Source: Candidatus Altiarchaeales archaeon (lineage in GTDB: Archaea; Altiarchaeota; Altiarchaeia; IMC4; SCGC-AAA252-I15). From it: DNA of 64,000 bases. Shown here in pieces: positions 29,431 to 38,862 of the stretch (the stretch's first letter is position 1; each line of letters opens with the position of its first letter). Made by a program: the position numbers and the translations under genes. The stretch spans positions 130,137-194,136 of the forward strand of contig WJMO01000006.1 in the NCBI GenBank assembly GCA_014727915.1, in the 5' to 3' direction. Under the pieces are notes generated by a model. It did no database searches. It saw only the letters and a list, made by a program, of their open reading frames with translations, and had not been told where the DNA came from.

Positions 29431-30054
29431 TTAATAGAATCTGACCCCCTCTTTTAAATCGTCTTTCTCGATGGTCACGAAACCATCCTCCACAGCATGC
29501 GGAAGATATGCAGGCCAGCAACCTCCTCCACGGTTCATCCCGCCCAAATCGTCTATCCTGAAGTGCCTTCCGCAGTTCACGCATTTCACGTCGGAACCAA
29601 CTTGTGCGTATCCCTTGGATCCTCCGCAGACTTCGCAGGCGTCGAATGCGGTCCTAACCTCTCCGTCACTTCCCAAGACCACGAGATACCTTATCGTCTC
29701 GCCTCCGAAGTCAAAGCTGTATTTGCCGATCTGAGAGGATATCTCAGACAAGGGTATCCTGACCACACTATCATCAGAGCCGATAGCAGACTGGGAGTCA
29801 GACCCGGATACAACACTCCCAACAACATCAGAGACTGCATTTGACTCTTCCGCTCTAGGAGCGTCATTTCCCGACCCACCGGACAAAACCGCGAACGCGG
29901 CCGCCAGGACGACCAAGCCTAACAGCAGGTGTGCGCTGCCAAAACCTCCACCTCCATCAACCGATGCCTGCCCGCCGGATTCTTCTGACACTCTCACGCT
30001 ACCGCTCTTAGATGCTCGCCCTCTATTTTTCTCCCTTTTTCCCTTTCTTGCCAT
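29431..30054 (-). CDS. Membrane-anchored protein with CxxCG...CxxCG zinc-ribbon-like motif (DUF2318-like?)
   Basis: TM helix then DACEVCGG...CVNCGRHF; start probably ATG 30054. Confidence 0.45.
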   Translation of the reverse strand: MARKGKREKNRGRASKSGSVRVSEESGGQASVDGGGGFGSAHLLLGLVVLAAAFAVLSGGSGNDAPRAEESNAVSDVVGSVVSGSDSQSAIGSDDSVVRIPLSEISSQIGKYSFDFGGETIRYLVVLGSDGEVRTAFDACEVCGGSKGYAQVGSDVKCVNCGRHFRIDDLGGMNRGGGCWPAYLPHAVEDGFVTIEKDDLKEGVRFY

Positions 30055-30058
30055 TTTA

Positions 30059-30421
30059 TCATTCACCAGTAAACCCGGCACCTGGACCTATGCCACAGCT
30101 GCCCTCTTCGATGTCTCCCTTGCACTGGGGGCAGACTTCATCGAATCTTCTCTGGGCTATCATCTCATCGCACCTGCATATGCCGTCATCCCAAAGCCAA
30201 TGCCCCATGAAGCACATGTCACACACCGGGCTGATACAGCACTTGTACTCCCCGGACTCAACCTTCTCGGCTATCAGAGAGTTCACCTCATCCAAGGCAT
30301 TAGCCCGCCTAACCTGGTAGCTGTCAGGATAGGGCGGGTTCCCGCCTGAAGAGTATGCCAGAATGGATGATATGCCTATCACCGCCGCCAACGCGACAAG
30401 TCTCTTATCCACCGGCACCAC
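30059..30421 (-). CDS. Secreted/anchored Cys-rich putative metal-binding protein
   Basis: Signal/TM then CCISPVCDMC...CRCDE...CPQCKG...SCG (11 Cys in ~60 aa). Confidence 0.45.
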   Translation of the reverse strand: MVPVDKRLVALAAVIGISSILAYSSGGNPPYPDSYQVRRANALDEVNSLIAEKVESGEYKCCISPVCDMCFMGHWLWDDGICRCDEMIAQRRFDEVCPQCKGDIEEGSCGIGPGAGFTGE

Positions 30422-31073
30422 CCAGCTCTGAGCCTATCACTTCCCGGAATGCGCTCATCGGCTGGGCGCCGACTACCTTCTGCCCGCCTATGAAGAACGT
30501 CGGGGTCCCGGACACCCCCCGGCTCCTTCCTTCTGAGATATGGCTTTCCACCAGCGACTCCTTCGAGCTGGAGTCCAGGCACCTGTTGAACTGCAACCTA
30601 GCTAACCCAAGGTCAGAGGCTATGGACTTCAGGACATCCGAGTCTCCGACATCATAGCCTGAACCGTGCCTTTCGAAGAGCATGTCATGGTATTCCCAGA
30701 ACATGCCCTGGTCCCTGGCGCACTCAGCGGCCTCGGCAGCCTTGTCAGCGCCCCTGTGAAAGGAGAGGGGAAACTGCCTGAAAACAACCTCAATCCGGCC
30801 CTCATACTCTTCACGTATCTGGTTGACAGTGGTCGCAGCCCTCGCGCAGTAGGGGCATTTGAAGTCGCTGTAGACGACAACCTGCAAAAGACCCCCACCG
30901 CCTGAATCAGATGCAACCACGGCATTAGGGGGCGACTGAACGCCCTCAGCCGGGGGTGTTTCTGATGGCTGCAATAGCGCGTATGCAGCCACCGCGAACA
31001 ACACGGCGATGACGACGCTCAACGCCAGTATGTTATTCCCACCGCAGCAACCGTCTGATCCTTCCCGTTTCAT
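30405..31073 (-). CDS. DsbA-like thioredoxin-fold thiol:disulfide oxidoreductase, membrane-anchored
   Basis: CPYC active site; start probably ATG 31073 overlapping upstream stop. Confidence 0.7.
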   Translation of the reverse strand: MKREGSDGCCGGNNILALSVVIAVLFAVAAYALLQPSETPPAEGVQSPPNAVVASDSGGGGLLQVVVYSDFKCPYCARAATTVNQIREEYEGRIEVVFRQFPLSFHRGADKAAEAAECARDQGMFWEYHDMLFERHGSGYDVGDSDVLKSIASDLGLARLQFNRCLDSSSKESLVESHISEGRSRGVSGTPTFFIGGQKVVGAQPMSAFREVIGSELGGAGG

Positions 31074-32356
31074 CTTCCACCTCCGCATCCGCAACCGCAT
31101 CCGCCGCCACCGCATGAACCGCCACATGAGCCCCCACCTGGGACCTCGATGGTCTCAACCGCCTCTGCAACAGCAGCAGGGTCCTCGATGTTTATGTCTT
31201 CTTTTACCACGAAAACCCCGGGTATCATCCCCATCCAGCAGCTCCAGGGTATAGTACCAGAATCGTCTGGCGTGAACTCGATCGTCTGCAAACCGGGTTC
31301 TATGTCGAATTCCAAACCTAGCTTGGGCACCTGTATGGCGTTGTTACATCCGTTTATCTCCTTGCCGTCTATTACCCACTTGACTGGAACCCCCCTTTTC
31401 AGAACGAACTTGTCCGGCTTCCAACCGTACCGGTTCACCTCCATCTCTATTACCTGGTAGCCGCCTTCAAGCTCCAATGAGAGGTTGCCTGGGTCGTCTT
31501 CCATCGCCTGAGCCGACACAAGGATGGTGTTGAAGTCCGCTCCCGTGCCAGTCAACGCCAACCCCCGGTTCACCATAACCAGGCCCAACAGTATAACTAC
31601 TACCCCAGAGTAGCGAACTATCTTATGGGTCATCCTGGAGCTAACCACCGATGTCAAAACCCCGAAGCCGAGCAGGACAGGTAGTGTGCCCAACCCGAAC
31701 ACTGCAAGGTATAGAGCGCCGTGGACTGGACTGCCAGATGATGCTGCCAGTATGTACACCGCCTGCAGTGGGCCGCAGGCTATCATCAGCCCGTTCAACA
31801 ATCCGATAACCGCGGGGCTCCTGCTCTCATTCTCCTTTTCAGACCGCCACCTGTCTATGAACGAGGGCATTGTAAGCCTGAAGCGACGGAACCATTTCAT
31901 CATTCCCAGCATGTTGAACCCGAACAAAACCAGGAACAAACCCGCGAGTATGGCCGCCGCACCCCGCATGAACGGGGTGAAAGTGAAGAAAGACCCTATG
32001 AAACCGAATACGGCACCGAAGAACGCGTAGGACACTGTCTTGGACAATCCATACGTTAGGTGGGAGCCGTAGTTGATACGCCCGTCCGCGGCCTCCTTGG
32101 CAGAGTAGCTTACCACAAAACCCCCACACATGGCAACACAGTGGAAGCCGGTCAGCAGGCCTATTATGAACAGCAACATTATTGAAGTGTCACTGTCCAA
32201 TGAGGGCATGTACACGCCAAAGCTCTCATGAAGCATATAGTATCCCCCGGCGAGGATGGCCAACACACCCAAAACCACGGAGACGTTCTTCAAGTCCGCA
32301 GTTGAAAACGCTATCCTTCTGTTGATATTAGAATTTTTCATGTTTATCCAGAGCAA
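31070..32356 (-). CDS. DsbD_2/CcdA-like transmembrane domain fused to cupredoxin-like domain with Gly/Cys-rich tail
   Basis: TM Cys pair GFHCVAMCGGF; C-terminal beta-rich domain; tail GGGSCGGSCGGGGCGCGCGGGR. Confidence 0.55.
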   Translation of the reverse strand: MLWINMKNSNINRRIAFSTADLKNVSVVLGVLAILAGGYYMLHESFGVYMPSLDSDTSIMLLFIIGLLTGFHCVAMCGGFVVSYSAKEAADGRINYGSHLTYGLSKTVSYAFFGAVFGFIGSFFTFTPFMRGAAAILAGLFLVLFGFNMLGMMKWFRRFRLTMPSFIDRWRSEKENESRSPAVIGLLNGLMIACGPLQAVYILAASSGSPVHGALYLAVFGLGTLPVLLGFGVLTSVVSSRMTHKIVRYSGVVVILLGLVMVNRGLALTGTGADFNTILVSAQAMEDDPGNLSLELEGGYQVIEMEVNRYGWKPDKFVLKRGVPVKWVIDGKEINGCNNAIQVPKLGLEFDIEPGLQTIEFTPDDSGTIPWSCWMGMIPGVFVVKEDINIEDPAAVAEAVETIEVPGGGSCGGSCGGGGCGCGCGGGR

Positions 32357-32397
32357 CTAGGATGAAACAATATAAGCCAACATAGGTGAAACTGGTT

Positions 32398-32871
32398 TCA
32401 TTTAAGGACCACTATGTTTGTCAGGCCTCTCCTACGCCTCTCTAGCAGGTTCTTGGACTCCAGCCGGTCCAGGTTCCGGGTTACCTTAACCTTTGACAGC
32501 CCGGTCTTCTCGGATATCTCACTCTGGAAGATTGTGCCTCCAGAGTCTGAGATCAGCTGGTAGACTGTCTTCTCATCCCCATCCAGGCTTCCGAGGTTCT
32601 CCAGCCACTTCTCCCTGCCTGAAGGCTCCTGATCCAATCTGCCGCCCTTCAAAGCCAGGTATATGCCGATGAAGAACAGTATCACGACACCAGCCAATCC
32701 GCCATAGAAGACGGGAGGGACCTTGAAATGGATCATCTCGCAGCTTTCCCCGCAGGTGCAGGACTGGGTGCTCATATCGGCGAGAGTGTCTAGGAGAACT
32801 GACAATAACGCCACCAGAAAGACCGCCAATAGTATCAGCACAATCCCTACTTCCCGCAATCCGGCCCTCAT
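32398..32871 (-). CDS. Membrane-anchored wHTH regulator with CxCxxxC motif
   Basis: TM - STQSCTCGESCEM - TM - C-terminal wHTH (KTGLSKVKVTRNLDRLESKNLLERRR). Confidence 0.55.
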   Translation of the reverse strand: MRAGLREVGIVLILLAVFLVALLSVLLDTLADMSTQSCTCGESCEMIHFKVPPVFYGGLAGVVILFFIGIYLALKGGRLDQEPSGREKWLENLGSLDGDEKTVYQLISDSGGTIFQSEISEKTGLSKVKVTRNLDRLESKNLLERRRRGLTNIVVLK

Positions 32872-32877
32872 CTTAAG

Positions 32878-33726
32878 CTAAACCCATTCCTCCCTTAGCT
32901 TTTCTCCTTTTATGCTTATTACCGCCGATTTCACAGGCACCTTCCGCTGAGCCCTTTCAACAGCCTCTTTCGCCATCTGCAGCAGCCCAGTGCAGCATGG
33001 GACTTCCATTGTCACCACCGTGAGCGTGTTTATCCCGGCGTCATCAATGAGTGAAACGAGCTTCTCCACGTACGTCTGCTGTTCGCTGTCCAGTTTCGGG
33101 CAGGCTATCGCCAGCCGCCTTCCCTTCAAGTACTCACCGTGGAAGCGCCCGTAAGAGTATGCCGCACAATCAGCCGACAACAGCACGTCAGCGCCCTTGA
33201 AGTAAGGTGCCAAAGGCGATACCAGGTGCATTTGGACAGGCCACTGCCTCAGCTGCGAGGAAACCTCACCAACCACTTTACCCACTACCTCCGGGTCATG
33301 GGAGAAGTCCATAGTCCTGGCTCCCGGGCAGCCCCCCGCAGACCCTGAGCAAGGCGTCTCAGGTGCTGCGGTTTCCGGGACCTCCAAACCCTTATCCTTC
33401 AGGAATCCGACAGCCTCGTTGTAGTATCCCATCTCCCCATGATCTCTCAGATGTTCAAGGTGGGCTTTTATCGTGTTATAGCCCTGCTTGACGATGTTCT
33501 CCATGACCCTGCGCTCATCGTAGGGTTCCGCCTCCCGCTCGACTATGTCTATCGCGCCTTCGGGACAGTGTCCCATGCAGGCTCCGAGCCCGTCGCAGAA
33601 GAGGTCGCTGACCAGCCGGGCCTTGCCGTCTATCATCTGCAACGCTCCCTCGGGGCAGTTGGGTATGCACAAGCCGCACCCTGTGCACTTGTCCTCGTCT
33701 ATCTCGATTATGCTACGCTTTACCAT
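32878..33726 (-). CDS. 4Fe-4S dicluster-domain protein with additional Cys-rich C-terminal domain
   Basis: CTGCGLCIPNCP and CDGLGACMGHCP ferredoxin motifs; C-terminal CAAY...CPKL...PCCTG. Confidence 0.65.
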   Translation of the reverse strand: MVKRSIIEIDEDKCTGCGLCIPNCPEGALQMIDGKARLVSDLFCDGLGACMGHCPEGAIDIVEREAEPYDERRVMENIVKQGYNTIKAHLEHLRDHGEMGYYNEAVGFLKDKGLEVPETAAPETPCSGSAGGCPGARTMDFSHDPEVVGKVVGEVSSQLRQWPVQMHLVSPLAPYFKGADVLLSADCAAYSYGRFHGEYLKGRRLAIACPKLDSEQQTYVEKLVSLIDDAGINTLTVVTMEVPCCTGLLQMAKEAVERAQRKVPVKSAVISIKGEKLREEWV

Positions 33727-33737
33727 GTTGTATCCTC

Positions 33738-34085
33738 TCAGCCGAACACGAAGGCTGATAGTGTGGGCAGCAGCAGGTACAAGACCATCAACGTCAGAGA
33801 GACATAGGTGACTATGCTAACAGCCACCATCGTCCTATGGGCTTTGACGTCGTTCAAGGTGCATGTGCCGCCGCACTGCCTTTTGATCTTGAAGTAGAGG
33901 GACAAGAGCATGAAAACCGTGCCCGCCGCTATGAAGAAGAGCTTATACCTTGGAAGCTTCAATGCTGCGGTCATGCTCCCAGCCCCCAATGTCCCGAATA
34001 TCATGACCAGTATCAGGGGCAGCGTGCAGCAGCTCGACGCTATGATCGTGGCCTTCACCCCCGTCCAGAATCCCTTCAATCCCAT
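33738..34085 (-). CDS. MerT-like heavy-metal transport membrane protein
   Basis: 115 aa, 3 TM; vicinal Cys pair in TM1 (ASSCCTLPL) and loop Cys pair (CGGTC). Confidence 0.5.
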   Translation of the reverse strand: MGLKGFWTGVKATIIASSCCTLPLILVMIFGTLGAGSMTAALKLPRYKLFFIAAGTVFMLLSLYFKIKRQCGGTCTLNDVKAHRTMVAVSIVTYVSLTLMVLYLLLPTLSAFVFG

Positions 34086-34309
34086 CCTATCCTATCAACC
34101 TCGCCTTTGAAATCCTCTCCAACAGCCTCTGCTGCCGGTGGTTCTCTCGTGTTCGGTGATTTGGCCGGCCTGCGCCGAGCCTCCTTAACGCTCTCCAAAC
34201 CGTAGAATATTAGGGCAGCCAGCAAGACCACCACTAATATTATTATGAATATCCTGTTCTCGCTGACTCCCCCGCCGCCTTCCTTTTTGTTAAGCGTCTT
34301 CAGGCTCAT
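34076..34309 (-). CDS. Small single-TM membrane protein, hypothetical
   Basis: 77 aa; stop overlaps the MerT-like start. Confidence 0.4.
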   Translation of the reverse strand: MSLKTLNKKEGGGGVSENRIFIIILVVVLLAALIFYGLESVKEARRRPAKSPNTREPPAAEAVGEDFKGEVDRIGWD

Positions 34310-34348
34310 CTTTTGAAAGTAAAAAAAAATGATGTTATAGATACTGTC

Positions 34349-34375
34349 CTAGCAGCAACCGCATCCTGGACCCAT
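34349..34375 (-). other. Candidate 8-codon Cys-rich mini-ORF (MGPGCGCC) with strong Shine-Dalgarno
   Basis: GGAGGTGA 5 nt upstream of ATG; followed by a T9 run and then the ATG of 34076..34309. Confidence 0.3.
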
Positions 34376-34458
34376 AAAGCTCACCTCCAAAGATTATAGT
34401 TACTTTTTAACACTATATGTTGTGTTCTTTGAATAAATAGGTGTTGGTAACCGGATTG

Positions 34459-34998
34459 TTACCCTACGCCAAGGTCCAACTCCACCATTATCTTATGGGA
34501 TTGGTCAAGTGGCAGTATCAGGTTGGGGTATTCCCCGAAGAAGTCCCGCGCCTCAGAGGTTGTTAGCTGCTCCCGGAGCCTTTCCGCGTGTTCGAGTATC
34601 TCCTCCTTAGTCCTCTTCTCCAGGCTGGGACAGTACTCCAGGGAATCAAGTGTAAGGTAGGCCTTACCATCCTTTTTCATGACGAAGAAGGGCCATAGAC
34701 GACACCAGAAGGGCCCGACCTCGTATACCCTGCACTTCACTCCGTCTGTGAAGGGGCAGATATAGTGGCCGTTCTCCATGATCTTGAACGTGACCCTGTG
34801 GGTGTTCTCAGACTCCCTCTTGAACAGGCCCTCGGAGAAGCCCAACGCCAAGGCAGCCTCGTATTCCTCGTCTGTGAAGACCGGAAAGAACGAGGGGTAG
34901 TGGGGGCTGAACCTGCAACAGGGATCAGTGCAGGCGAAACAATCCTCGGAGGAAGTCAGCATATCAAGGTCTGGTATTTTCATCTTTTCAAACCTCAC
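34459..34998 (-). CDS. YkgJ-family CxxCxxCC putative Fe-S/zinc-binding protein
   Basis: CFACTDPCC motif near N-terminus; additional conserved Cys. Confidence 0.6.
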   Translation of the reverse strand: MRFEKMKIPDLDMLTSSEDCFACTDPCCRFSPHYPSFFPVFTDEEYEAALALGFSEGLFKRESENTHRVTFKIMENGHYICPFTDGVKCRVYEVGPFWCRLWPFFVMKKDGKAYLTLDSLEYCPSLEKRTKEEILEHAERLREQLTTSEARDFFGEYPNLILPLDQSHKIMVELDLGVG

Positions 34999-35989
34999 CG
35001 ATCAGATGGTCTATTATGAGCTCGCAGATGTTAGCGGAGTATTCGCCGGTCCGCCTTATGCTCTCGGCTATATGGTCGACAGAGTGAATCTTCTGGGGTT
35101 CGATGCCATAGGCTTCGGCGGATATCGAATTGCAGAGGGGGTCCAGGTCTGGCAGGGATTCGATTGTCCGGTTAGCATTGAGAACATCGTTGTTGAACCA
35201 TGAGTTCATGCTCTCATTGAATATACCCATGGCCGTGTCGTTGGCTGCCCTGATAGATTCCCGCACAGGCTTGTATTTTTTACTGGTCAGGGACGGTGCG
35301 TTCTTTGCGATGGTGACCGTGTGATCGGATATCCGTTCCATTATCATGCTCGCCAGATAATGGAATCTCGCTTCCTGAGGGAGAACGCCCATGTTCTTGG
35401 AGAGCAACGGGTTGTTGACTAACAGGTTATACTGGTGCGCTATAAGCCAGTGAAGTCGGTTAACCTCAACGTCCCTGGAAACCACGTCTTCTGCCAGCTT
35501 GATGCCTTTCTTGGAGAGGGTTGAAATGGCATCCTTTCGCATCGTGGTTATCAAGACGTGCATCCTATTGAGAGTATTGGCGAATGGCATCTCAACAGGG
35601 TTGAGTAAATCCCTTATCTGTATGAAGTTATCCGTCTCCTCCACAATCTCCGGGCCCACCGCCACCTGTATGAACTCTGTCACAGCCTCCCTCTTGTCGG
35701 TGCCCATGTGAGACTCCGACTCGACATCGATCAGAGTGTATCCCATAACATAGGCGCCGACGAGAAGCCTGAATAGGTATCTTGGGCTGAAGCTGTCCCC
35801 CACAGAGATCACCTTCTTACGCACTACGCTCTCGCCGGTCAGTTTTGGGACTATTGTCAGCGTGCCGTCTGGCTGCTGGAGAACGCCAACAGGCCTGTTC
35901 TTCGTAAGATTGTTATTGTCGACCCAATCCTTAGGCAGGGTTATCATGTAGGACGACCCACCCGTAACCTGTATTTTTCTCAGATCCAC
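34988..35989 (-). CDS. PhoU-like regulator with N-terminal AbrB/SpoVT DNA-binding domain
   Basis: VDLRKIQVTGGSSYMITLPKDWV swapped-hairpin motif then PhoU-like helical repeats; GTG 35989 preferred over track start 36139; A/T-rich promoter at 36000-36060. Confidence 0.65.
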   Translation of the reverse strand: MDLRKIQVTGGSSYMITLPKDWVDNNNLTKNRPVGVLQQPDGTLTIVPKLTGESVVRKKVISVGDSFSPRYLFRLLVGAYVMGYTLIDVESESHMGTDKREAVTEFIQVAVGPEIVEETDNFIQIRDLLNPVEMPFANTLNRMHVLITTMRKDAISTLSKKGIKLAEDVVSRDVEVNRLHWLIAHQYNLLVNNPLLSKNMGVLPQEARFHYLASMIMERISDHTVTIAKNAPSLTSKKYKPVRESIRAANDTAMGIFNESMNSWFNNDVLNANRTIESLPDLDPLCNSISAEAYGIEPQKIHSVDHIAESIRRTGEYSANICELIIDHLIGEV

Positions 35990-36080
35990 CAAAACAACCC
36001 CAAATACATAATATATATATTTTATGTCGGAAAGATATATAAATGATTCAACATATATATAATCGCTCCTGTGCATTAAA

Positions 36081-36266
36081 TTGGGAAGTCTAAAAGTGGG
36101 ACCGGAAAAAATTGTTGAAAACGCAAACGTGGGTGGCAATATGAATGGATACTGTTACATACCATACCAGTGCAAACATTTCGAAAAAAAGGACGGAAAA
36201 CGATGCGAGTGCAGACACTCCATATACGGAGACTGCTTCAACCCCCAGATGATGAAGGAGGACTGA
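36081..36266 (+). CDS. Small Cys-rich protein, hypothetical
   Basis: Likely real start at internal Met (MNGYCYIPYQC...CEC...C). Confidence 0.3.
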   Translation: MGSLKVGPEKIVENANVGGNMNGYCYIPYQCKHFEKKDGKRCECRHSIYGDCFNPQMMKED

Positions 36267-36270
36267 CAGC

Positions 36271-36579
36271 ATGGACGCCATAGTGCTATACGACCAGGAC
36301 GGAAAAAGAGCATCAGAAATCTCAACATACCTGGCAGAAAAAGACAAAAAACACACTATAGCGGAGACGATAGTCGAGTGCAAGGAAAGGATAAAAGGTC
36401 ATGGTAGGGGATTCCTGATGATCGGCGAATTCGACGGAGCAGAGGACATAAAAGGTCTTGCCGAGATCATACGGGAGGAGAACATCACGCCAGTGTTCTT
36501 CGACCTCTTCGACCCCGAAGAGAAAGACTACATGAACAGACTTCAAGAATATATCAACGTCAAGACACCCCAAGGGTAG
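36271..36579 (+). CDS. Hypothetical protein, weak receiver-domain-like pattern
   Basis: 102 aa, alternating beta/alpha pattern with acidic pocket-like residues; not a canonical response regulator. Confidence 0.35.
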   Translation: MDAIVLYDQDGKRASEISTYLAEKDKKHTIAETIVECKERIKGHGRGFLMIGEFDGAEDIKGLAEIIREENITPVFFDLFDPEEKDYMNRLQEYINVKTPQG

Positions 36580-36640
36580 GGAACCGATGTGGCTGCCCTG
36601 TTTTGAGGGTGGTCAGGCTTTTAGGGCAGCCACATCAAAA

Positions 36641-37864
36641 TCACCGATCACTGAATACGTCCTTCAGGTACATCACCCAGACGGCATATGCCATGAAGAG
36701 AGGATAGTATTCGAGTAAGGTGAAGGGATACTTCAGCCCGGAGCTGAAGATGGGTATGACGAAATACGTCGCCATCACCAGGAAGTTGTAGTGCCTAACA
36801 TACTTGGGTCGGCGGAGTATGAAATAAGTAGCCGGCAACAGGAGTATGTATGAGTAGTCCTTGAACCTTGGCATAACCAGCGCGAACGCAACCGTCGACA
36901 GGAAGAGAATCATTCTGCGCCAGTCAGAGGCAGAAGAAGACCTAAGCACCATAAAAGCCTTCAAGGTCAGCAAGAGCACCGTCAGAGAAGTGAGAAGATA
37001 GATGATCTGCCATAGGATGCCCGGAGTAAATATGCCATACTCGTATCTGAGGATGTCTGACAAGTCCCCCAGGAGCTCTGGCATGCAGGGGTTCAAAACC
37101 CCCCGCTCATTGGGTATCGACACAGACAGATTAGCGCTGTTGACGTATGAATCGAACTGGGAAGGGCTTGCAAGATAGGAAAAAACGAGATAGAGCGAGA
37201 AAACAAAGGCTGAACGCAGGAAGACACGGTATCTTGCATTATCGCCAACCAACAGAACCAAGCCCAAGAAGACTATCAGGTTCAGCTTGAAAGACGAAGC
37301 AGCCAGCACGAACAGAGAGAAAAGACTGTGCCTGCCCCTAAGGAGGAAGTAGAAGCCAGACCACAGGAAAGCCTGCTCAAAAACAGAGATATTGCCCCCT
37401 ATAAGGTCCCTTATGAGAGTCATGTTATAGGCAAGCAGGCAGGCCCCATAGTAGAAAACGTCCACATCCCGTTTAAGGAAGAAATCACGCCATGAAGAGA
37501 GGAGGACCCCGACGAGCAGCAGCTTAACACCTAGGAAGACATGCTGTGCCAAGCCATATTCAAAGAATGAGAATGGCTTGAAAAAATATACGGTCAGCGG
37601 AGGATAAACGTATGTGTTGATCGGATAAGGCGCGATTTCAAGTAGAGTCTCAGAATCGTAAAGCCCAACGCCCATCGAGTGCATCTTGGCTGTGTAGTAG
37701 TAGACAGGAAAATCCCACTGTAGGTCTGCAAGGCCCGAATACATAAAAAAAGACCATAGCAAGACCAGAAGTACGGGTATGAGGGCCACAGACTCCAAAC
37801 GACCATAGGGCAGATCCTGCCTTCGATTTTCCATGTTATAGCAGTTGGAACACGGGCCAGACAC
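36641..37864 (-). CDS. Polytopic membrane protein, putative GT-C-like glycosyltransferase; paralog of 12204..13391
   Basis: 407 aa; conserved blocks shared with 12204..13391. Confidence 0.55.
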   Translation of the reverse strand: MSGPCSNCYNMENRRQDLPYGRLESVALIPVLLVLLWSFFMYSGLADLQWDFPVYYYTAKMHSMGVGLYDSETLLEIAPYPINTYVYPPLTVYFFKPFSFFEYGLAQHVFLGVKLLLVGVLLSSWRDFFLKRDVDVFYYGACLLAYNMTLIRDLIGGNISVFEQAFLWSGFYFLLRGRHSLFSLFVLAASSFKLNLIVFLGLVLLVGDNARYRVFLRSAFVFSLYLVFSYLASPSQFDSYVNSANLSVSIPNERGVLNPCMPELLGDLSDILRYEYGIFTPGILWQIIYLLTSLTVLLLTLKAFMVLRSSSASDWRRMILFLSTVAFALVMPRFKDYSYILLLPATYFILRRPKYVRHYNFLVMATYFVIPIFSSGLKYPFTLLEYYPLFMAYAVWVMYLKDVFSDR

Positions 37865-37953
37865 CCATGAAAACCCGCTGTTAAGTATTTAAATACCATG
37901 ATAAAAAAAAATCAGGGTTTTTGAAGGTTCAGAGGGGTATCTAAAAGGTTACC

Positions 37954-38856
37954 ATGAGGCTTATATTGGTTACCTGCTTATTGTCTTCGATGGTGGATAG
38001 AATAGTATTGGCCGCGGGTCTACTGTTGCTGATAGTGTTCGCAGGCCTGGTCTTGGTGAACCTTAAGGACGAGCCCCGAACCATGTTCCCAACGACCACC
38101 ACTACCGTGCCGACCACTTCAACAACAGCGACTACTTCGACGACACAGACGTCAACAACCCTCCCAAAGCCCGATTCCACTACAACCACCTCGACCACCA
38201 CCTCGACGACTTTGAGGTATGTTGAAGTGAGGTGGAGCGACCTCAGCAAATGCCGGAGCACCTCCCTGGGCAGCATGAACACGCTGCTGGCGTGGGTGGG
38301 CGACGAGCTGGAGGGGAGTTGGGGGGAGAAGCCTGAGCCCAGGGCATATGTCACATGCGACAGCCCAGAGCTAATACCCGTGGACATAGTCACACTACGC
38401 GGCGGCAGGAGCATCGAACCCGTCAACGACGTCAACGGCACCTACAGGTTCATGGTGAAATGCGGACGCAACCAGCTGGCCGAAGACCTTAACGACTGCA
38501 GGGAGCTTAAAGCCTATTTCGACAGGAACACCATAACCGGCGAAGGTTCAGACTATACGGTAGTTGCCACGTCATCCTCAACCACCACAACCTTGAAGCG
38601 TAACCCTTACCTCGACAAGTTCCGGGGTAAGGGCTATCGCAAGGTTGACATGCACATATACTGGCTGTGCCCCAGCTGCGTGCCGGCAGTGAACAACCTG
38701 GTCATCGGCGAGCCGGGGGTGAAGAGCCGCAGCCTGGCCTACAAGCAGAACGTCAGCTACGTCATATACGACCCCACAGTCGTGGACCTGGAGAGGGTGC
38801 TGGAACTATCAGGCGCGGGGGGAGACGTAGAGGTATACCAGGACCTGGAAATCTGA
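37954..38856 (+). CDS. Membrane-anchored secreted protein with poly-Thr linker
   Basis: N-terminal TM; ~45-aa Thr/Ser-rich linker; Cys-containing globular domain. Confidence 0.5.
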   Translation: MRLILVTCLLSSMVDRIVLAAGLLLLIVFAGLVLVNLKDEPRTMFPTTTTTVPTTSTTATTSTTQTSTTLPKPDSTTTTSTTTSTTLRYVEVRWSDLSKCRSTSLGSMNTLLAWVGDELEGSWGEKPEPRAYVTCDSPELIPVDIVTLRGGRSIEPVNDVNGTYRFMVKCGRNQLAEDLNDCRELKAYFDRNTITGEGSDYTVVATSSSTTTTLKRNPYLDKFRGKGYRKVDMHIYWLCPSCVPAVNNLVIGEPGVKSRSLAYKQNVSYVIYDPTVVDLERVLELSGAGGDVEVYQDLEI

Positions 38857-38862
38857 ACATAG

